Position numbers and translations under genes: made by a program
The notes under the pieces: model-generated
What the model was told of the DNA's origin: nothing
Database searches by the model: none
The model's input: only the letters and a program-made list of their open reading frames with translations
In this document: piece after piece, positions 27,741 through 38,123 of the stretch
How the letters are laid out: every line of letters starts with the position of its first letter
Position numbering within the stretch: the stretch's first letter is position 1
DNA from: Candidatus Dojkabacteria bacterium
GTDB taxonomy: Bacteria; Patescibacteriota; Dojkabacteria; SC72
NCBI GenBank assembly: GCA_040767225.1
Contig: JAXGOY010000006.1
Location: 1 to 50,082 of the forward strand
Length of the DNA: 50,082 nucleotides
Direction of reading: 5' to 3'

Positions 27741-29108
27741 ATGAGTATTCATTCTGAGTATATTGCTCCTAAGGGCTGGAAGCCTAAGAATCCTGATGAG
27801 GACTACCTTATTACAGAGCTTGATATAGAGCTTGCAGATGGTGTACCAGAGGATAAATTTGAGGAGGTGGCAGCAAGCTGTGCTGCTGAAAGCTCAACTG
27901 GTACATGGACTAAGGTTGATGAAGGGAAGCATTCTGGTACAAAGCTTGCTAAAAAGCTTAGAGCTGTTGCATATGATTTGGATCCTAAAACAAAGACATT
28001 TAAGATTGCATACAAAAAAGAAATATTTGAACCTAGCAATATGGCAGGTATATTTGCTGGAATTGCAGGAAATATTGATAGTATGAAGATGATTAAAGCA
28101 TTTAGATTGCTTGATGTAAGATTTCCCAAAAGCCTTGTTCAAAGTTTTCCTGGGCCACAGTTTGGTATTGATGGAGTTCGTGAATTTATGCAGATAGAGA
28201 GAGGACCTTTGCTTTGTACAGTCCCTAAGCCAAAGATAGGGAGAACTGCAAAAGAGCAGGCATATCTTGCTAAAATACTTTTTACTGCTGCAAATGGAGA
28301 GTTTCAGGGTATTAAGGATGATGAAAATCTTACAAGTTTGTATTTTAACAAATTTGAAGATAGATGTAAGCTTGTACATGAAGTACAAAGAGATGTTGAG
28401 CAGAAAAGCGGGAAGAGAAAGATGTATTTGTGTAATGTTACACACTCTGATATAGATGTAATGCTTGATAGGGCTGATATGATTAAGGAAAATGGAGGAA
28501 GATGGATGATGATGGATGTTATAGTTACTGGTTTTGCTGCTGTTCAAACTATGAGAAAGCATAATCCTGGGTTGGCAATACATGCACACAGGGCTATGCA
28601 TGGACTGCTTGATAGGGAATCAGGGGCTGGAGTGTATGATAAAGGGGTTATTGTGGATTTTTCGATGTCTATGGTGGTTATTGCTAAAATCATGCGTCTT
28701 TTGGGCGTAGATTCGCTTCATGGTGGTGCACCAAAGGGTAAGATGGAGAACTATAATGAGCCTATGCTTATACAGCAGGCACTTCAAGAGGATATTACAC
28801 CTGTAACTGATATGACACTTGGTCAGAACTGGTATGGAATGAAAGGAGTATGGCATACTGCATCAGGTGGTCTTCATCCTGGAACAATAGGGGAGTCAAT
28901 AACAAGACTTGGAGAAAACCTCATTGTACAAGCGGGAGGCGGTGTACTTGGTCATCCTTGGGGGATTGAAGCAGGTGTTGAGGCTATGGTACAGGCAAGA
29001 GATATTGCAATGCAAAAAGAGGATTTAAATAAATGGATAATAGAGCATCCTGATAGTGCACTTGCAAAGGCAGCACACTATTGGGGATTTGATCCTAAAT
29101 TTGTGTAA
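27741..29108 (+). CDS. rbcL: Ribulose-1,5-bisphosphate carboxylase/oxygenase large subunit, form II/III- or III-like
   Basis: Motifs seen are AAESSTGTWT, PKPKIGR, GIKDDEN (carbamylated Lys plus metal ligands), HAHRAMHG, SGGLHPG and AGGGVLGHPWG. No small-subunit gene is nearby. Confidence 0.9.
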   Translation: MSIHSEYIAPKGWKPKNPDEDYLITELDIELADGVPEDKFEEVAASCAAESSTGTWTKVDEGKHSGTKLAKKLRAVAYDLDPKTKTFKIAYKKEIFEPSNMAGIFAGIAGNIDSMKMIKAFRLLDVRFPKSLVQSFPGPQFGIDGVREFMQIERGPLLCTVPKPKIGRTAKEQAYLAKILFTAANGEFQGIKDDENLTSLYFNKFEDRCKLVHEVQRDVEQKSGKRKMYLCNVTHSDIDVMLDRADMIKENGGRWMMMDVIVTGFAAVQTMRKHNPGLAIHAHRAMHGLLDRESGAGVYDKGVIVDFSMSMVVIAKIMRLLGVDSLHGGAPKGKMENYNEPMLIQQALQEDITPVTDMTLGQNWYGMKGVWHTASGGLHPGTIGESITRLGENLIVQAGGGVLGHPWGIEAGVEAMVQARDIAMQKEDLNKWIIEHPDSALAKAAHYWGFDPKFV

Positions 29109-29136
29109 TATTGTTAAAGTAGTGTAAAATACCTGT

Positions 29137-30603
29137 ATGTCAAAGAAAGGAATAACAGCAAGAAGTCAGAACTATTCTCAATGGTATCTTGATGTAATAG
29201 AAAGGGCACAGCTGGCAGAGAATTCATCTGTAAAGGGATGTATGGTAATTAAACCGTATGGTTATGCAATATGGGAGAATATTCAAAAAAAGCTTGATAA
29301 AAGAATTAAGATAATGGGTGTTGATAATGCATACTTCCCTTTGTTTATTCCTCTTTCTTTTCTTTCAAAAGAAGCAAGTCATGTTAAGGGTTTTGCAAAA
29401 GAATGTGCTGTTGTAACACATTACAGACTTAAAGAAGCAGATGATGGCTCTGGTGTTATAGTAGATCCTGATGCGAAGTTAGAGGAGGATCTCATTGTAA
29501 GGCCTACATCAGAAACTATTATGTATGATACTTTCTCAAGATGGGTTACATCATGGAGAGATTTACCATTAAAGATAAATCAATGGGCAAATATTGTCAG
29601 ATGGGAGAAGAGAACAAGACCATTTTTAAGAACTACTGAATTTCTATGGCAGGAAGGTCATACTGTTCATTCAACACATGAAGAGGCATTACATCAGGTT
29701 AATGAAGCTTTTGATATGTATAGAGAATTTGCAAAAGATGTACTTGCAATTGATGTATATGGAGGCAGGAAATCAGAATCAGAGAAATTTGCAGGTGCAG
29801 TTAATACATATGGAGTTGAAGCTTTAATGCAAGATGGAAAAGCTCTGCAACTCGGCACTTCTCATGACTTAGGACAGAATTTCTCTAAGGTATTTAATAT
29901 CAAGTTTACTAACAAGGGTGGTGATATTGAGAATGCATGGCAGACGAGCTGGGGTGTGAGTACAAGAATGATTGGTGCAATAATTATGGCTCATAGTGAC
30001 GATTTAGGGCTTGTTCTTCCTCCTGTAATTGCACCTATAAGTGTAGTAATCATTCCAATATATACTGCAGAAAACAAAGAGGAGGTACTTAAGGTTAGTA
30101 AGGATGTTTTAGCTACTGTTCAAGCTATTGCAGGAAATGCAAAACTTGATGATAGAGAGTTTGTATCTGCTGGCTTTAAGTTTAATGAATGGGAGAAAAA
30201 GGGAGTACCGATTAGAATAGAAATAGGGGAAAGAGATTTAAAAAAGAATGTTGTTACAATGGTTAGAAGAGATACAAATGAGAGAAGCGAAGTAAGTATT
30301 GATAGTTTAAGTACACAAATCAGCATGACTCTTAATGATATTCAAGCTACTCTATTATCAAGATCAAAGCAGAGACTGGCTGAAAATACACATGAGATAT
30401 TATCATATGATGAATTTAAGAAGCAGTTGAAGGGTAATAAAGGTTTTATTAAGGCATATTGGTGCGGTAGAAAAGAGTGTGAAGATGCTATAAAATATGA
30501 GACAAAAGCAACAACCAGATGTTTTTCAAATGAAGGGAAGGGTAAGTGTATCTATTGCGGGGAAGAAAGTACACAGGAGTGGTTATTTGCAATTTCCTAT
30601 TAG
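29137..30603 (+). CDS. proS: Prolyl-tRNA synthetase, archaeal/eukaryote-like type (no INS editing domain, C-terminal Zn-binding domain ending in Tyr)
   Basis: The N-terminal YSQWYLDVIERAQLAENSSVKGCMVIKPYGYAIWE is present, with class II motifs (RPTSET, FLWQEGHT, GTSHDLGQNFS). The C-terminus is CxxC...FAISY. Confidence 0.9.
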   Translation: MSKKGITARSQNYSQWYLDVIERAQLAENSSVKGCMVIKPYGYAIWENIQKKLDKRIKIMGVDNAYFPLFIPLSFLSKEASHVKGFAKECAVVTHYRLKEADDGSGVIVDPDAKLEEDLIVRPTSETIMYDTFSRWVTSWRDLPLKINQWANIVRWEKRTRPFLRTTEFLWQEGHTVHSTHEEALHQVNEAFDMYREFAKDVLAIDVYGGRKSESEKFAGAVNTYGVEALMQDGKALQLGTSHDLGQNFSKVFNIKFTNKGGDIENAWQTSWGVSTRMIGAIIMAHSDDLGLVLPPVIAPISVVIIPIYTAENKEEVLKVSKDVLATVQAIAGNAKLDDREFVSAGFKFNEWEKKGVPIRIEIGERDLKKNVVTMVRRDTNERSEVSIDSLSTQISMTLNDIQATLLSRSKQRLAENTHEILSYDEFKKQLKGNKGFIKAYWCGRKECEDAIKYETKATTRCFSNEGKGKCIYCGEESTQEWLFAISY

Positions 30604-30795
30604 TGAAACATAGTGAAGTTTTAGGAAGGCCTCTTTTAAAGTTTCGTTTCAAATGAGTGAACTTCAAAAAGAGAAATTTTGAACAACTAAAAAATTTTGT
30701 ATTGTTATTATGTTGTTTTTAAAGGTTGGAATATTTTACACCGTGTATTTTTAGTTTTGTATGAGAGCTGGGGTATGCAATAAGGTATGGAAGTT

Positions 30796-33660
30796 TCACT
30801 CTCTAAATTTCTTTTTCAGCCACTGCCCTGTATAGCTCTGAGAATTTTCAACTATATCCGTTACGGACCCCTGTGCCACTATTTTTCCTCCTTGATTTCC
30901 TCCTTCAGGTCCAAGGTCAACAATCCAGTCTGCAAATTTTATTACATCTAAGTTATGTTCTATTACAATTATTGTGTTTCCTTTCTCAACTAATTTTTTT
31001 AGAAGCGTAAGAAGCTTATCTATATCATAGAAGTGAAGTCCTGTAGTGGGTTCATCAAGAATATATACTGTATGTCCTCTAGTTTGTTTAGAAAGTTCCT
31101 TTGCTAATTTTATTCTTTGTGATTCTCCTCCAGAAAGTGTTAATGCTGACTGTCCAAGCTTAATATATCCAAGTCCAACATCCTGCAGAATTCCCAATTT
31201 GTTTTTAATGTAAGGGATATCATTGAACATAGATGATGCCTGATCTACTGTCATATCAAGGACTTCTGATATATTTTTTCCTTTATAATCTATTGTAAGA
31301 ACATCCTCGTTATATCTTTTTCCGTTGCATTTATCACATGTAATGTACATATCTGGAAGAAATTGCATTTCTATTTTAATTACACCATCTCCTTTGCATT
31401 TCTCACATCTTCCTCCTTTTACATTGAAACTAAATCTCCCAGGTTTATATCCTCTTGCTCTTGCTTCTTGTGTTTGAGCAAAAAGATCCCTAATGTATGT
31501 AAAAAGACCTGTATATGTTGCAGGATTGGACCTTGGAGTCTTTCCTATTGGTTTTTGATCTATTCCTATTACTTTATCTATATATTCTAGTCCCTTTATA
31601 TCATCATATATTCCTTCAATCTGTCTTCCATTCATCTTTCTATTCATTAAAGCAGGGTATAGAGTATCATTTATTAACGAAGACTTCCCGCTTCCTGATA
31701 CTCCTGTTATGCATGTTAATGTGTTAAGAGGTATTTCTAGAGTTATGTTCTTTAAATTATTTGTTTTTACTCCAGTTATTGATATCTTTTTGTTTTCTCT
31801 AACATTTAAGTTTAAATTCATATTAATATTTTGTCCTACTTTTAGCTTTCCTGAGAGATATTTTCCTGTTAAAGAGTTTGCTTTCTTAATATCTTCAAAC
31901 TTTCCTTGAGCAACTACCTTGCCTCCATTTTCGCCTGCTTTTGGACCAATATCTACTATCCAATCAGCTCTTTCCATTGTTTCTTTGTCATGTTCTACTA
32001 TTATTACACTATTTCCAGTATCTCTAAGAGATTCTATTGATGTCAGCAGCTTATCTATATCTCTTGGGTGCAGACCAATTGATGGTTCATCTAGTACATA
32101 CAGTACTCCTGTAAGTCCCGTTCCTATTTGAGAAGCCAATCTTATCCTTTGAGATTCTCCTCCTGATAGTGTACTTGCTCTTCTTGAAAGAGATATATAT
32201 TTTAATCCGACATCAACTAAAAACTGTAATCTGCTATTTATATCTTTAATAATTGGTTTAGCAATTTCTGCTTTGTTTCCTTGTAAGTGTAAAGTGTTTA
32301 AGTACTCTTCAAGCTCATCTACAGGAAGATTAGTCATATCAATAATGTTAAATTTTCCAATTTTAACAGCTAAAGAATAAGGTTTAAGTCTATTTCCATT
32401 ACACTCATCACATATTTTCTCTGTCATGTACTTTTCTATTTCAAACTTTCTAAATTCTGAATTTGTTTCTTTGTACAATCTTTCCAGTTCAGGTATTACT
32501 CCTTCATACTGTGCATCATACATTCTTTCCCTTCCAAATCTGTTTGTATATTGTATCCTGTAGTATTCTTTTGCTCCTTTACCATAAAATATGAGATCAA
32601 ATATCTCTTGAGGATATCTTGATATTGGTGTGTTAAGATCAAAGTGATGCACTCTGGCAACCTCTTGCAGGACTCTTGTTGTCAATGAGTCTTTTGTTGT
32701 TCTGTTTCCCCATGGAAATATTCCTCCTTCTTTAATGGTTAGATTGGGATTATATATTTTTGATATATCTATCTCATTTATTACTCCAAGTCCTGAGCAT
32801 TTTGGACATGCACCCTCTGGTGCATTGAAAGAGAATGATGCAGGAGTTATCTTTGGATATGATATCTGACATTTAGGGCATGTGTTCTTTTCAGAGAAGA
32901 AATATTCTTTTTTACCTACAAGAATCTTCATCTCTCCATCTGAGAGTGATGATGCAAGTTCTAAGGAATCTATTACTCTTTTTCTAAACTCCTCTTTATT
33001 TTCTTTAAGCATATCAAAGCTTAATCTATCTACTATCAAATCTATGCTGTGTTTTACATCAGGATTTATTCTTAAATCTTCTACATCATCTAAGTGATAG
33101 ATATCTCCATCAATGATTACTCTTGAGAATCCTTTTGAATGAAGTTTAGAAAGCATTGCCTTGTACTCTCCTTTTCTGTTTTTTATTAGAGGTGAAAGAA
33201 TTTGGAAGTTTTCTTTCTCTTTACTTACGATATTTACAATCTGAGTATATATTTCAGGTATGTTTTGTTGTACAATCTTGCCCCCACACACGGGACAGTA
33301 TGCTTGTCCGATATGTCCGAATAAAAGCCTTAGGTATCCATATATCTCAGTTATTGTTCCTACTGTTGATCGAGGGTTTGTTCCTGTACTTTTCTGATCA
33401 ATGGATATAGCTGGAGACAGTCCTGTTATTGAATCAACATCAGGTTTGTGCATAACTCCTAAAAATTGTCTTGCATACGATGAAAGAGACTCTACATATC
33501 TTCTTTGTCCTTCTGCATATAGTGTATCAAAAGCAAGTGATGATTTCCCGCTTCCTGATACCCCTGTTAATACAACAAGTTTGTTTTTAGGAATTTTAAG
33601 GGAGATATCTTTCAGATTGTGCTCTTTTGCTCCTTTTATGTCTATATATTCATTGTTCAT
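30796..33660 (-). CDS. uvrA: Excinuclease ABC subunit A
   Basis: Two ABC ATPase modules are present ([10 protein letters not shown] twice, LSGGESQR twice) with Zn-finger Cys clusters, in 954 aa. Confidence 0.95.
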   Translation of the reverse strand: MNNEYIDIKGAKEHNLKDISLKIPKNKLVVLTGVSGSGKSSLAFDTLYAEGQRRYVESLSSYARQFLGVMHKPDVDSITGLSPAISIDQKSTGTNPRSTVGTITEIYGYLRLLFGHIGQAYCPVCGGKIVQQNIPEIYTQIVNIVSKEKENFQILSPLIKNRKGEYKAMLSKLHSKGFSRVIIDGDIYHLDDVEDLRINPDVKHSIDLIVDRLSFDMLKENKEEFRKRVIDSLELASSLSDGEMKILVGKKEYFFSEKNTCPKCQISYPKITPASFSFNAPEGACPKCSGLGVINEIDISKIYNPNLTIKEGGIFPWGNRTTKDSLTTRVLQEVARVHHFDLNTPISRYPQEIFDLIFYGKGAKEYYRIQYTNRFGRERMYDAQYEGVIPELERLYKETNSEFRKFEIEKYMTEKICDECNGNRLKPYSLAVKIGKFNIIDMTNLPVDELEEYLNTLHLQGNKAEIAKPIIKDINSRLQFLVDVGLKYISLSRRASTLSGGESQRIRLASQIGTGLTGVLYVLDEPSIGLHPRDIDKLLTSIESLRDTGNSVIIVEHDKETMERADWIVDIGPKAGENGGKVVAQGKFEDIKKANSLTGKYLSGKLKVGQNINMNLNLNVRENKKISITGVKTNNLKNITLEIPLNTLTCITGVSGSGKSSLINDTLYPALMNRKMNGRQIEGIYDDIKGLEYIDKVIGIDQKPIGKTPRSNPATYTGLFTYIRDLFAQTQEARARGYKPGRFSFNVKGGRCEKCKGDGVIKIEMQFLPDMYITCDKCNGKRYNEDVLTIDYKGKNISEVLDMTVDQASSMFNDIPYIKNKLGILQDVGLGYIKLGQSALTLSGGESQRIKLAKELSKQTRGHTVYILDEPTTGLHFYDIDKLLTLLKKLVEKGNTIIVIEHNLDVIKFADWIVDLGPEGGNQGGKIVAQGSVTDIVENSQSYTGQWLKKKFRE

Positions 33661-33740
33661 ACGATCTTAATTATACCATGAAAAGCAACTTTCTTTATAT
33701 TTCTTAAAAACAGATTTTACTTATGATATATCAATATTAA

Positions 33741-33749
33741 TGGTATAAT
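33741..33749 (+). promoter_or_regulatory. Extended -10 element (TGgTATAAT) upstream of tRNA-Arg(CCT)
   Basis: TGGTATAAT at 33741-33749 lies 8 nt upstream of the mature tRNA 5' end. Confidence 0.45.
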
Positions 33750-33757
33750 TGGAACAT

Positions 33758-33833
33758 GCACCCGTAGCTCAACATTGGATAGAGCAACGCACTCCTAACG
33801 CGTAGGTTGCTGGTTCGACTCCGGTCGGGTGCA
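33758..33833 (+). tRNA. tRNA-Arg (anticodon CCT)
   Basis: The acceptor stem GCACCCG/CGGGTGC is identical to that of tRNA-Arg(TCG). The anticodon loop is CTCCTAA. The anticodon stem ACGCA/CGCGT has one A-C mismatch. The T-loop is GGTTCGACTCC. Confidence 0.7.
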
Positions 33834-33862
33834 CATATGTATGTTTAAATAGGGAATGAATT

Positions 33863-35476
33863 ATGAATAAAAAGATTACAGTAGATGAAATTAAACCACC
33901 TGATAGAAAGGATGGCTATCCTTCTCAGACACCAAAATGGCTAAGAAGGATTTTAGAATTTATACCAGGTTTTGTTGTTTGGTTCTTTGTTCTTTCCCCC
34001 CTTATATTTGCAATACTAGGGTGGGAGCAGATCTTTGTCTTCTATATCTCCTATCTTATAATCTACTGGGTGTATAGGGGAATTAAATTCGTTGTTGGTG
34101 TTGGTATTGGGGTAAATAGAATGAAAAAAGATATGGATACAGACTTTCTTTCAATGTGTAAAGAGGTAAATGAGAAAAGATTTAATGAGTTAGAGTATAT
34201 ATATTTATGTCCTGTATACAAAGAAGGGCTTGACATCTTAGAGCCGTCATTTGAGGCATGGAGTAAAAGCGATATTGGTGCTGATAGGATACATGTTGTT
34301 GTTGCAATGGAGGAAAAGACTGCAGAAAATCTTCAGATACCAAATTTTAATAAACTTAAGAAGAAGTATGGTAAGAAATTTGCTAGTATGCAGTATTATA
34401 TTCATCCTTCTGGCATAGAAGGAGAGGCTGCAGGTGTTAAAGGTGCCAATATCAATTGGGCCGCTAGAAAATTTGTTGAAAAGCTGGAAAAAGAGGGTAA
34501 AGATATTCATAACTATATGCTTATTACCTGTGATTGTGATTTAAGGCCCCATCCTAAATATCTATCGGCTGTTACTTATAAATATCTAACTGTTGATTTG
34601 CCTGATCAGAAGTATTATACAAGTGCTGTTTATACATTAAATAACAACATATGGAGAGTCCCTGTTTTAATAAGGGTGCAATCTACTATGTTAACTTTAG
34701 TTACACTGCATAACTGGACTACTGAGAAGTATGAGACAATACCATTTTCAAGTGGGATATTCAGTTCAAAGGCATCTTTCTCATCATATGTAGTTAATCT
34801 TAAAACACTAAAGGATGTATATTATTGGGATCCTGAATTGGGTATTGATGATACAACATTCTTCTGGAATGCTGTTATCAGATTTAAAGGTGAGTTTAAA
34901 GGCGAGGAGGTTTATCTTCCTAGTAGTAGTGATGCAGTTGAGAATGAGACTATACTGAAGTCTTACAAAGCATTTTATAGACAGCAGCATAGATGGGGAT
35001 GGGGTATAGTTATTTTTCCTACAACTATAGCGGCTTTAATATATTCTAAAGATATTCCGCTTAATTGGAAATTGCATATGATATTTGCTATTGTTAAAAA
35101 CTATATTTTGTTCTTTACAGTAGTCTATCTCATGACAGTAGGTCTTGATTTACTTGGTGTTTTTAGTAAGAAGTTTACCTATAGCTCTGCATCATACAAT
35201 TTGCCTCAGGCAATGAGTTTTCTACTTGGTTCTTTATTAATATGTAATTTATTTTTAATATATTACAGAAGAAAGCTGATACCTATTCCTAAAGACTGGC
35301 CTTGGTGGAGAAACCTGCTTGATTGTGGTGAGATTGCTCTTATTGCTGTACAGATGCTTACATTTGGATTTATTCCATATCTTCAGGCACATACAGAAAT
35401 GATGCTTGGAAAAGGCTTTAGAAAGAACTTCTATGCTACAGAGAAAGTACAAATTAAAAATAATTCAAAGAGTTAG
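33863..35476 (+). CDS. Processive family-2 glycosyltransferase (cellulose/chitin-synthase-like), polytopic membrane protein
   Basis: The D,D,D,Q(R/Q)xRW signature is present as ITCDCDL..., ...IDDT... and RQQHRWGWG. There are N- and C-terminal TM clusters. Confidence 0.7.
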   Translation: MNKKITVDEIKPPDRKDGYPSQTPKWLRRILEFIPGFVVWFFVLSPLIFAILGWEQIFVFYISYLIIYWVYRGIKFVVGVGIGVNRMKKDMDTDFLSMCKEVNEKRFNELEYIYLCPVYKEGLDILEPSFEAWSKSDIGADRIHVVVAMEEKTAENLQIPNFNKLKKKYGKKFASMQYYIHPSGIEGEAAGVKGANINWAARKFVEKLEKEGKDIHNYMLITCDCDLRPHPKYLSAVTYKYLTVDLPDQKYYTSAVYTLNNNIWRVPVLIRVQSTMLTLVTLHNWTTEKYETIPFSSGIFSSKASFSSYVVNLKTLKDVYYWDPELGIDDTTFFWNAVIRFKGEFKGEEVYLPSSSDAVENETILKSYKAFYRQQHRWGWGIVIFPTTIAALIYSKDIPLNWKLHMIFAIVKNYILFFTVVYLMTVGLDLLGVFSKKFTYSSASYNLPQAMSFLLGSLLICNLFLIYYRRKLIPIPKDWPWWRNLLDCGEIALIAVQMLTFGFIPYLQAHTEMMLGKGFRKNFYATEKVQIKNNSKS

Positions 35477-37053
35477 TGTATTGTATATGAGTTTATTATG
35501 ATGCTATGCAGACCTGCTTGTTCAATAGGGGAAACGGATAGTGTAACAATTTTTTCTCCATTAGATGATACTGCTTGTATTAATGCTAAGTTTGTATCCT
35601 GTAAGACCTTGGTTTTATTATCTCCATCTATATCACAAATGTACATAGTGTTGTCCTCTATATATGAAATATTTAGAGAATTAAATAACCAGTGAATATT
35701 AACTGCATTACTATCTATACTCTTTATTAATTTAGCACCAATATCTACTGTATGATCACCTTCTTCTTTCTTAAATGTGAATACACTAAATCCTTCCTGA
35801 TCTTTAAAGATAAACTTCATATTATTAGGAGAGAATTCTATTAGTTCAGATACATATGGAGATACTAAGTAATATTTTTTAAGTTCAATATCATACCAAT
35901 ATGATGCTAAACTTGTTTTAATGTATATTCCTTTAGCATCTTGATTTACTATAAAATTCTTAATCTCACCAACTGTTTTTGTACTCTCGGGGGAATTTGT
36001 AAAAGGTAGATATTTTCCACTCCCAGTATCTTTCTGATATCTCATAATATAGTCTTGATTCTTTTGGAAGAATAAATCTGAAAGTATTATCTTTGATTCA
36101 GATCCATCCATCTGTGATTGGGTTAGAAGATATCCATTAATATTATTATCTGTTATATATTCAGGGTTTGTCTCTATTTTATAGAAAAAACCTTGTCTAT
36201 CTGTACTCCATATATACCCATTTTGAGGAGTTTTCTTAATTAACAAATATCGTGTTTGTTTATTAATATCAAGTGCAATTATGTCTGTATCAGATTCAAA
36301 CATAAGATACTGACTATTTTGAGCCCAGCTCATTTTGTATGATGTAAGGTCATTAATATTAAGTACTGTTAAAGTATCAAGTGTAGTACCCTTAGTTGCA
36401 TCTAGTATATAGCTGGTTGTGTTATCTGTACTAACAATTGTTAAGACTCCTAATGTGCCATTTGGAGCAAGGAGGATTTCTACCATTGGTTCTTGTATAG
36501 AATCAAAGGTTAGAATAACTCTTGGATTAGTAGATATGTTCCAAAATGGAGTATTAACATCAAATCTGTATAATGTGTACCTATAGGTTAAAACTTCAGG
36601 TATGTATTCATTAACGAGAATGTATATGTAATCCCTATTATTGCTTAGCCAGCTATTTATATATTTTCTGTCCTGTAAAGAGAAGATTTCTTCTTGAGCT
36701 ATCTCTTTCTTTATAAGCCATGGATATACAGGAGTAGATTTCTGTTCTTTAATCTCAACATCCTTTTTCCACTCAACATATCCATTTTTCTTAACTAACA
36801 CACTATGTATTCCTACTGGTAGACTTACACTTTTTGAAGTTCTTCCTTCTTTCTCTCCATTAACATAAAGATCTGCAAGAGAAGGAGATGATTGTACAGT
36901 TAAAACACCTGTTTTTACTAACAGCTGATTAGAGTCGCCAAGCCTCCATCCATTTGCATATAAATATATTGCTACAGCCCCAGTATATACAAATAATGAA
37001 GCTAGTATTGATATTAAAGAAAAGAGTTTTCTGTTGTAACCATTCTTCTCCAT
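35473..37053 (-). CDS. PEGA-domain protein with a probable C-terminal beta-propeller, membrane anchored
   Basis: An N-terminal TM segment is followed by the PEGA-like segment VQSSPSLADLYVNGEKEGRTSKSVSLPVGIHSVLVKKNGYVEWKKDVEI. The remainder is beta-rich and repetitive. The 3' end overlaps the GT2 gene by 4 nt in convergent orientation. Confidence 0.6.
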   Translation of the reverse strand: MEKNGYNRKLFSLISILASLFVYTGAVAIYLYANGWRLGDSNQLLVKTGVLTVQSSPSLADLYVNGEKEGRTSKSVSLPVGIHSVLVKKNGYVEWKKDVEIKEQKSTPVYPWLIKKEIAQEEIFSLQDRKYINSWLSNNRDYIYILVNEYIPEVLTYRYTLYRFDVNTPFWNISTNPRVILTFDSIQEPMVEILLAPNGTLGVLTIVSTDNTTSYILDATKGTTLDTLTVLNINDLTSYKMSWAQNSQYLMFESDTDIIALDINKQTRYLLIKKTPQNGYIWSTDRQGFFYKIETNPEYITDNNINGYLLTQSQMDGSESKIILSDLFFQKNQDYIMRYQKDTGSGKYLPFTNSPESTKTVGEIKNFIVNQDAKGIYIKTSLASYWYDIELKKYYLVSPYVSELIEFSPNNMKFIFKDQEGFSVFTFKKEEGDHTVDIGAKLIKSIDSNAVNIHWLFNSLNISYIEDNTMYICDIDGDNKTKVLQDTNLALIQAVSSNGEKIVTLSVSPIEQAGLHSIIINSYTIH

Positions 37054-37106
37054 GACAAATTTAGTATATCATATCTAGAACTTAATTTTATTGATATAAT
37101 TGGGTT

Positions 37107-38123
37107 ATGTTAGGAAAGAAACTAGGAATAGATCTAGGAACAGCTAATTCTGTAGTGTTTGTACAAGGCGAAGGTATTGCCTTTGTTGAGCCTACTGTTG
37201 TAGCAATTGATGTAAACACATTTAAGGTAATTGCTGTTGGATCTGAAGCTAAAAAAATGATTGGTAAAACACCTGAGAATATTATTGCAAAGAGGCCTTT
37301 AAAAAATGGAGTTATTGCTGATTCAAGAATTACAGAAGCATTGCTTAAATATTTTTTTAATAAAGCATTAGGAAAGTCTAGGTTCTTTAAGCCCGATGTT
37401 GTTATTAGTGTTCCTGCAGGGATTACAACAGTAGAGCAGAGGGCTGTAATAAAGGCTGCAAATAATGCTGGTGCAAGAGAAATTACAATGCTTCCTGAGC
37501 CTCTTTTAGCTGCATTGGGTGCAGGTTTACCTATTGAGACCTCATCGGGGAACATGATTGTAAATTTAGGAGGTGGTACAGCAGAGGTTGCAGTAATATC
37601 TCTTGATGGGATAGTGGAGTATGACTCTTTAAGAATTGCAGGAGATGCAATAAATGAAGCAATAATTAACTATATGAAGAAGAAAAAAGGTATTTTAATA
37701 GGTGAGCAGACTGCAGAAAATATTAAGATAAGGGTAGGATCAGCAATAGAAATAAAAGATCCAAAGAGTATGGAGGTAAGAGGAAGAGATTTTGGTGCAG
37801 GTTTGCCTAAGGCAATAACAGTGGACTCTAATGATGTAGCAACTGCTGTAAAAAGGCCTTTATTAAGCATTATTAATAGTATTAAAGGAGTTCTTGAAAG
37901 AACGCCTCCTGAGCTTTCTGCTGATATTATGGATAGGGGAATGGCAATGACTGGTGGAACATCTAAACTTAGGAATTTAGATAAGTTATTTATAAAAGCT
38001 ATTGGTGTTCCAGCATATGTTGCAGATGAGCCTATGTATTGTGTTGCAAAAGGAACAGGTATTGCGTTAGAGTTAATGGCAGAAGGGGAAAGAAAATTTA
38101 GTTTTAATAGAGCAATTACTTAA
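37107..38123 (+). CDS. mreB: Rod-shape determining actin homolog MreB
   Basis: Motifs LGIDLGTANSVVFV, VISVPAGITTVEQRAV, NLGGGTAEVAVISL and MTGGTSKLRNLDKL are present. Confidence 0.92.
   Translation: MLGKKLGIDLGTANSVVFVQGEGIAFVEPTVVAIDVNTFKVIAVGSEAKKMIGKTPENIIAKRPLKNGVIADSRITEALLKYFFNKALGKSRFFKPDVVISVPAGITTVEQRAVIKAANNAGAREITMLPEPLLAALGAGLPIETSSGNMIVNLGGGTAEVAVISLDGIVEYDSLRIAGDAINEAIINYMKKKKGILIGEQTAENIKIRVGSAIEIKDPKSMEVRGRDFGAGLPKAITVDSNDVATAVKRPLLSIINSIKGVLERTPPELSADIMDRGMAMTGGTSKLRNLDKLFIKAIGVPAYVADEPMYCVAKGTGIALELMAEGERKFSFNRAIT

Noticed and set aside
27894-28601. A 235-aa minus-strand ORF, plus other antisense ORFs within the RuBisCO gene.
   Set aside because: It is antisense to a strongly supported conserved CDS, and its Ser/Cys/Ile/Phe-rich composition is low-complexity. 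The same reasoning applies to these antisense ORFs: 24466-25131(-), 3720-4163(-), 37088-37555(-), 17586-18041(-), 20257-20670(-), 22010-22321(-) and 46653-46997(+). It also applies to the short ORFs antisense to uvrA and the ATP-grasp genes.
30604-30795. A 192-nt proS/uvrA convergent intergenic region as a possible sRNA or small ORF locus.
   Set aside because: It contains only a 9-codon ORF and weak palindromes (AGGCCT). No convincing promoter or terminator pair was seen.
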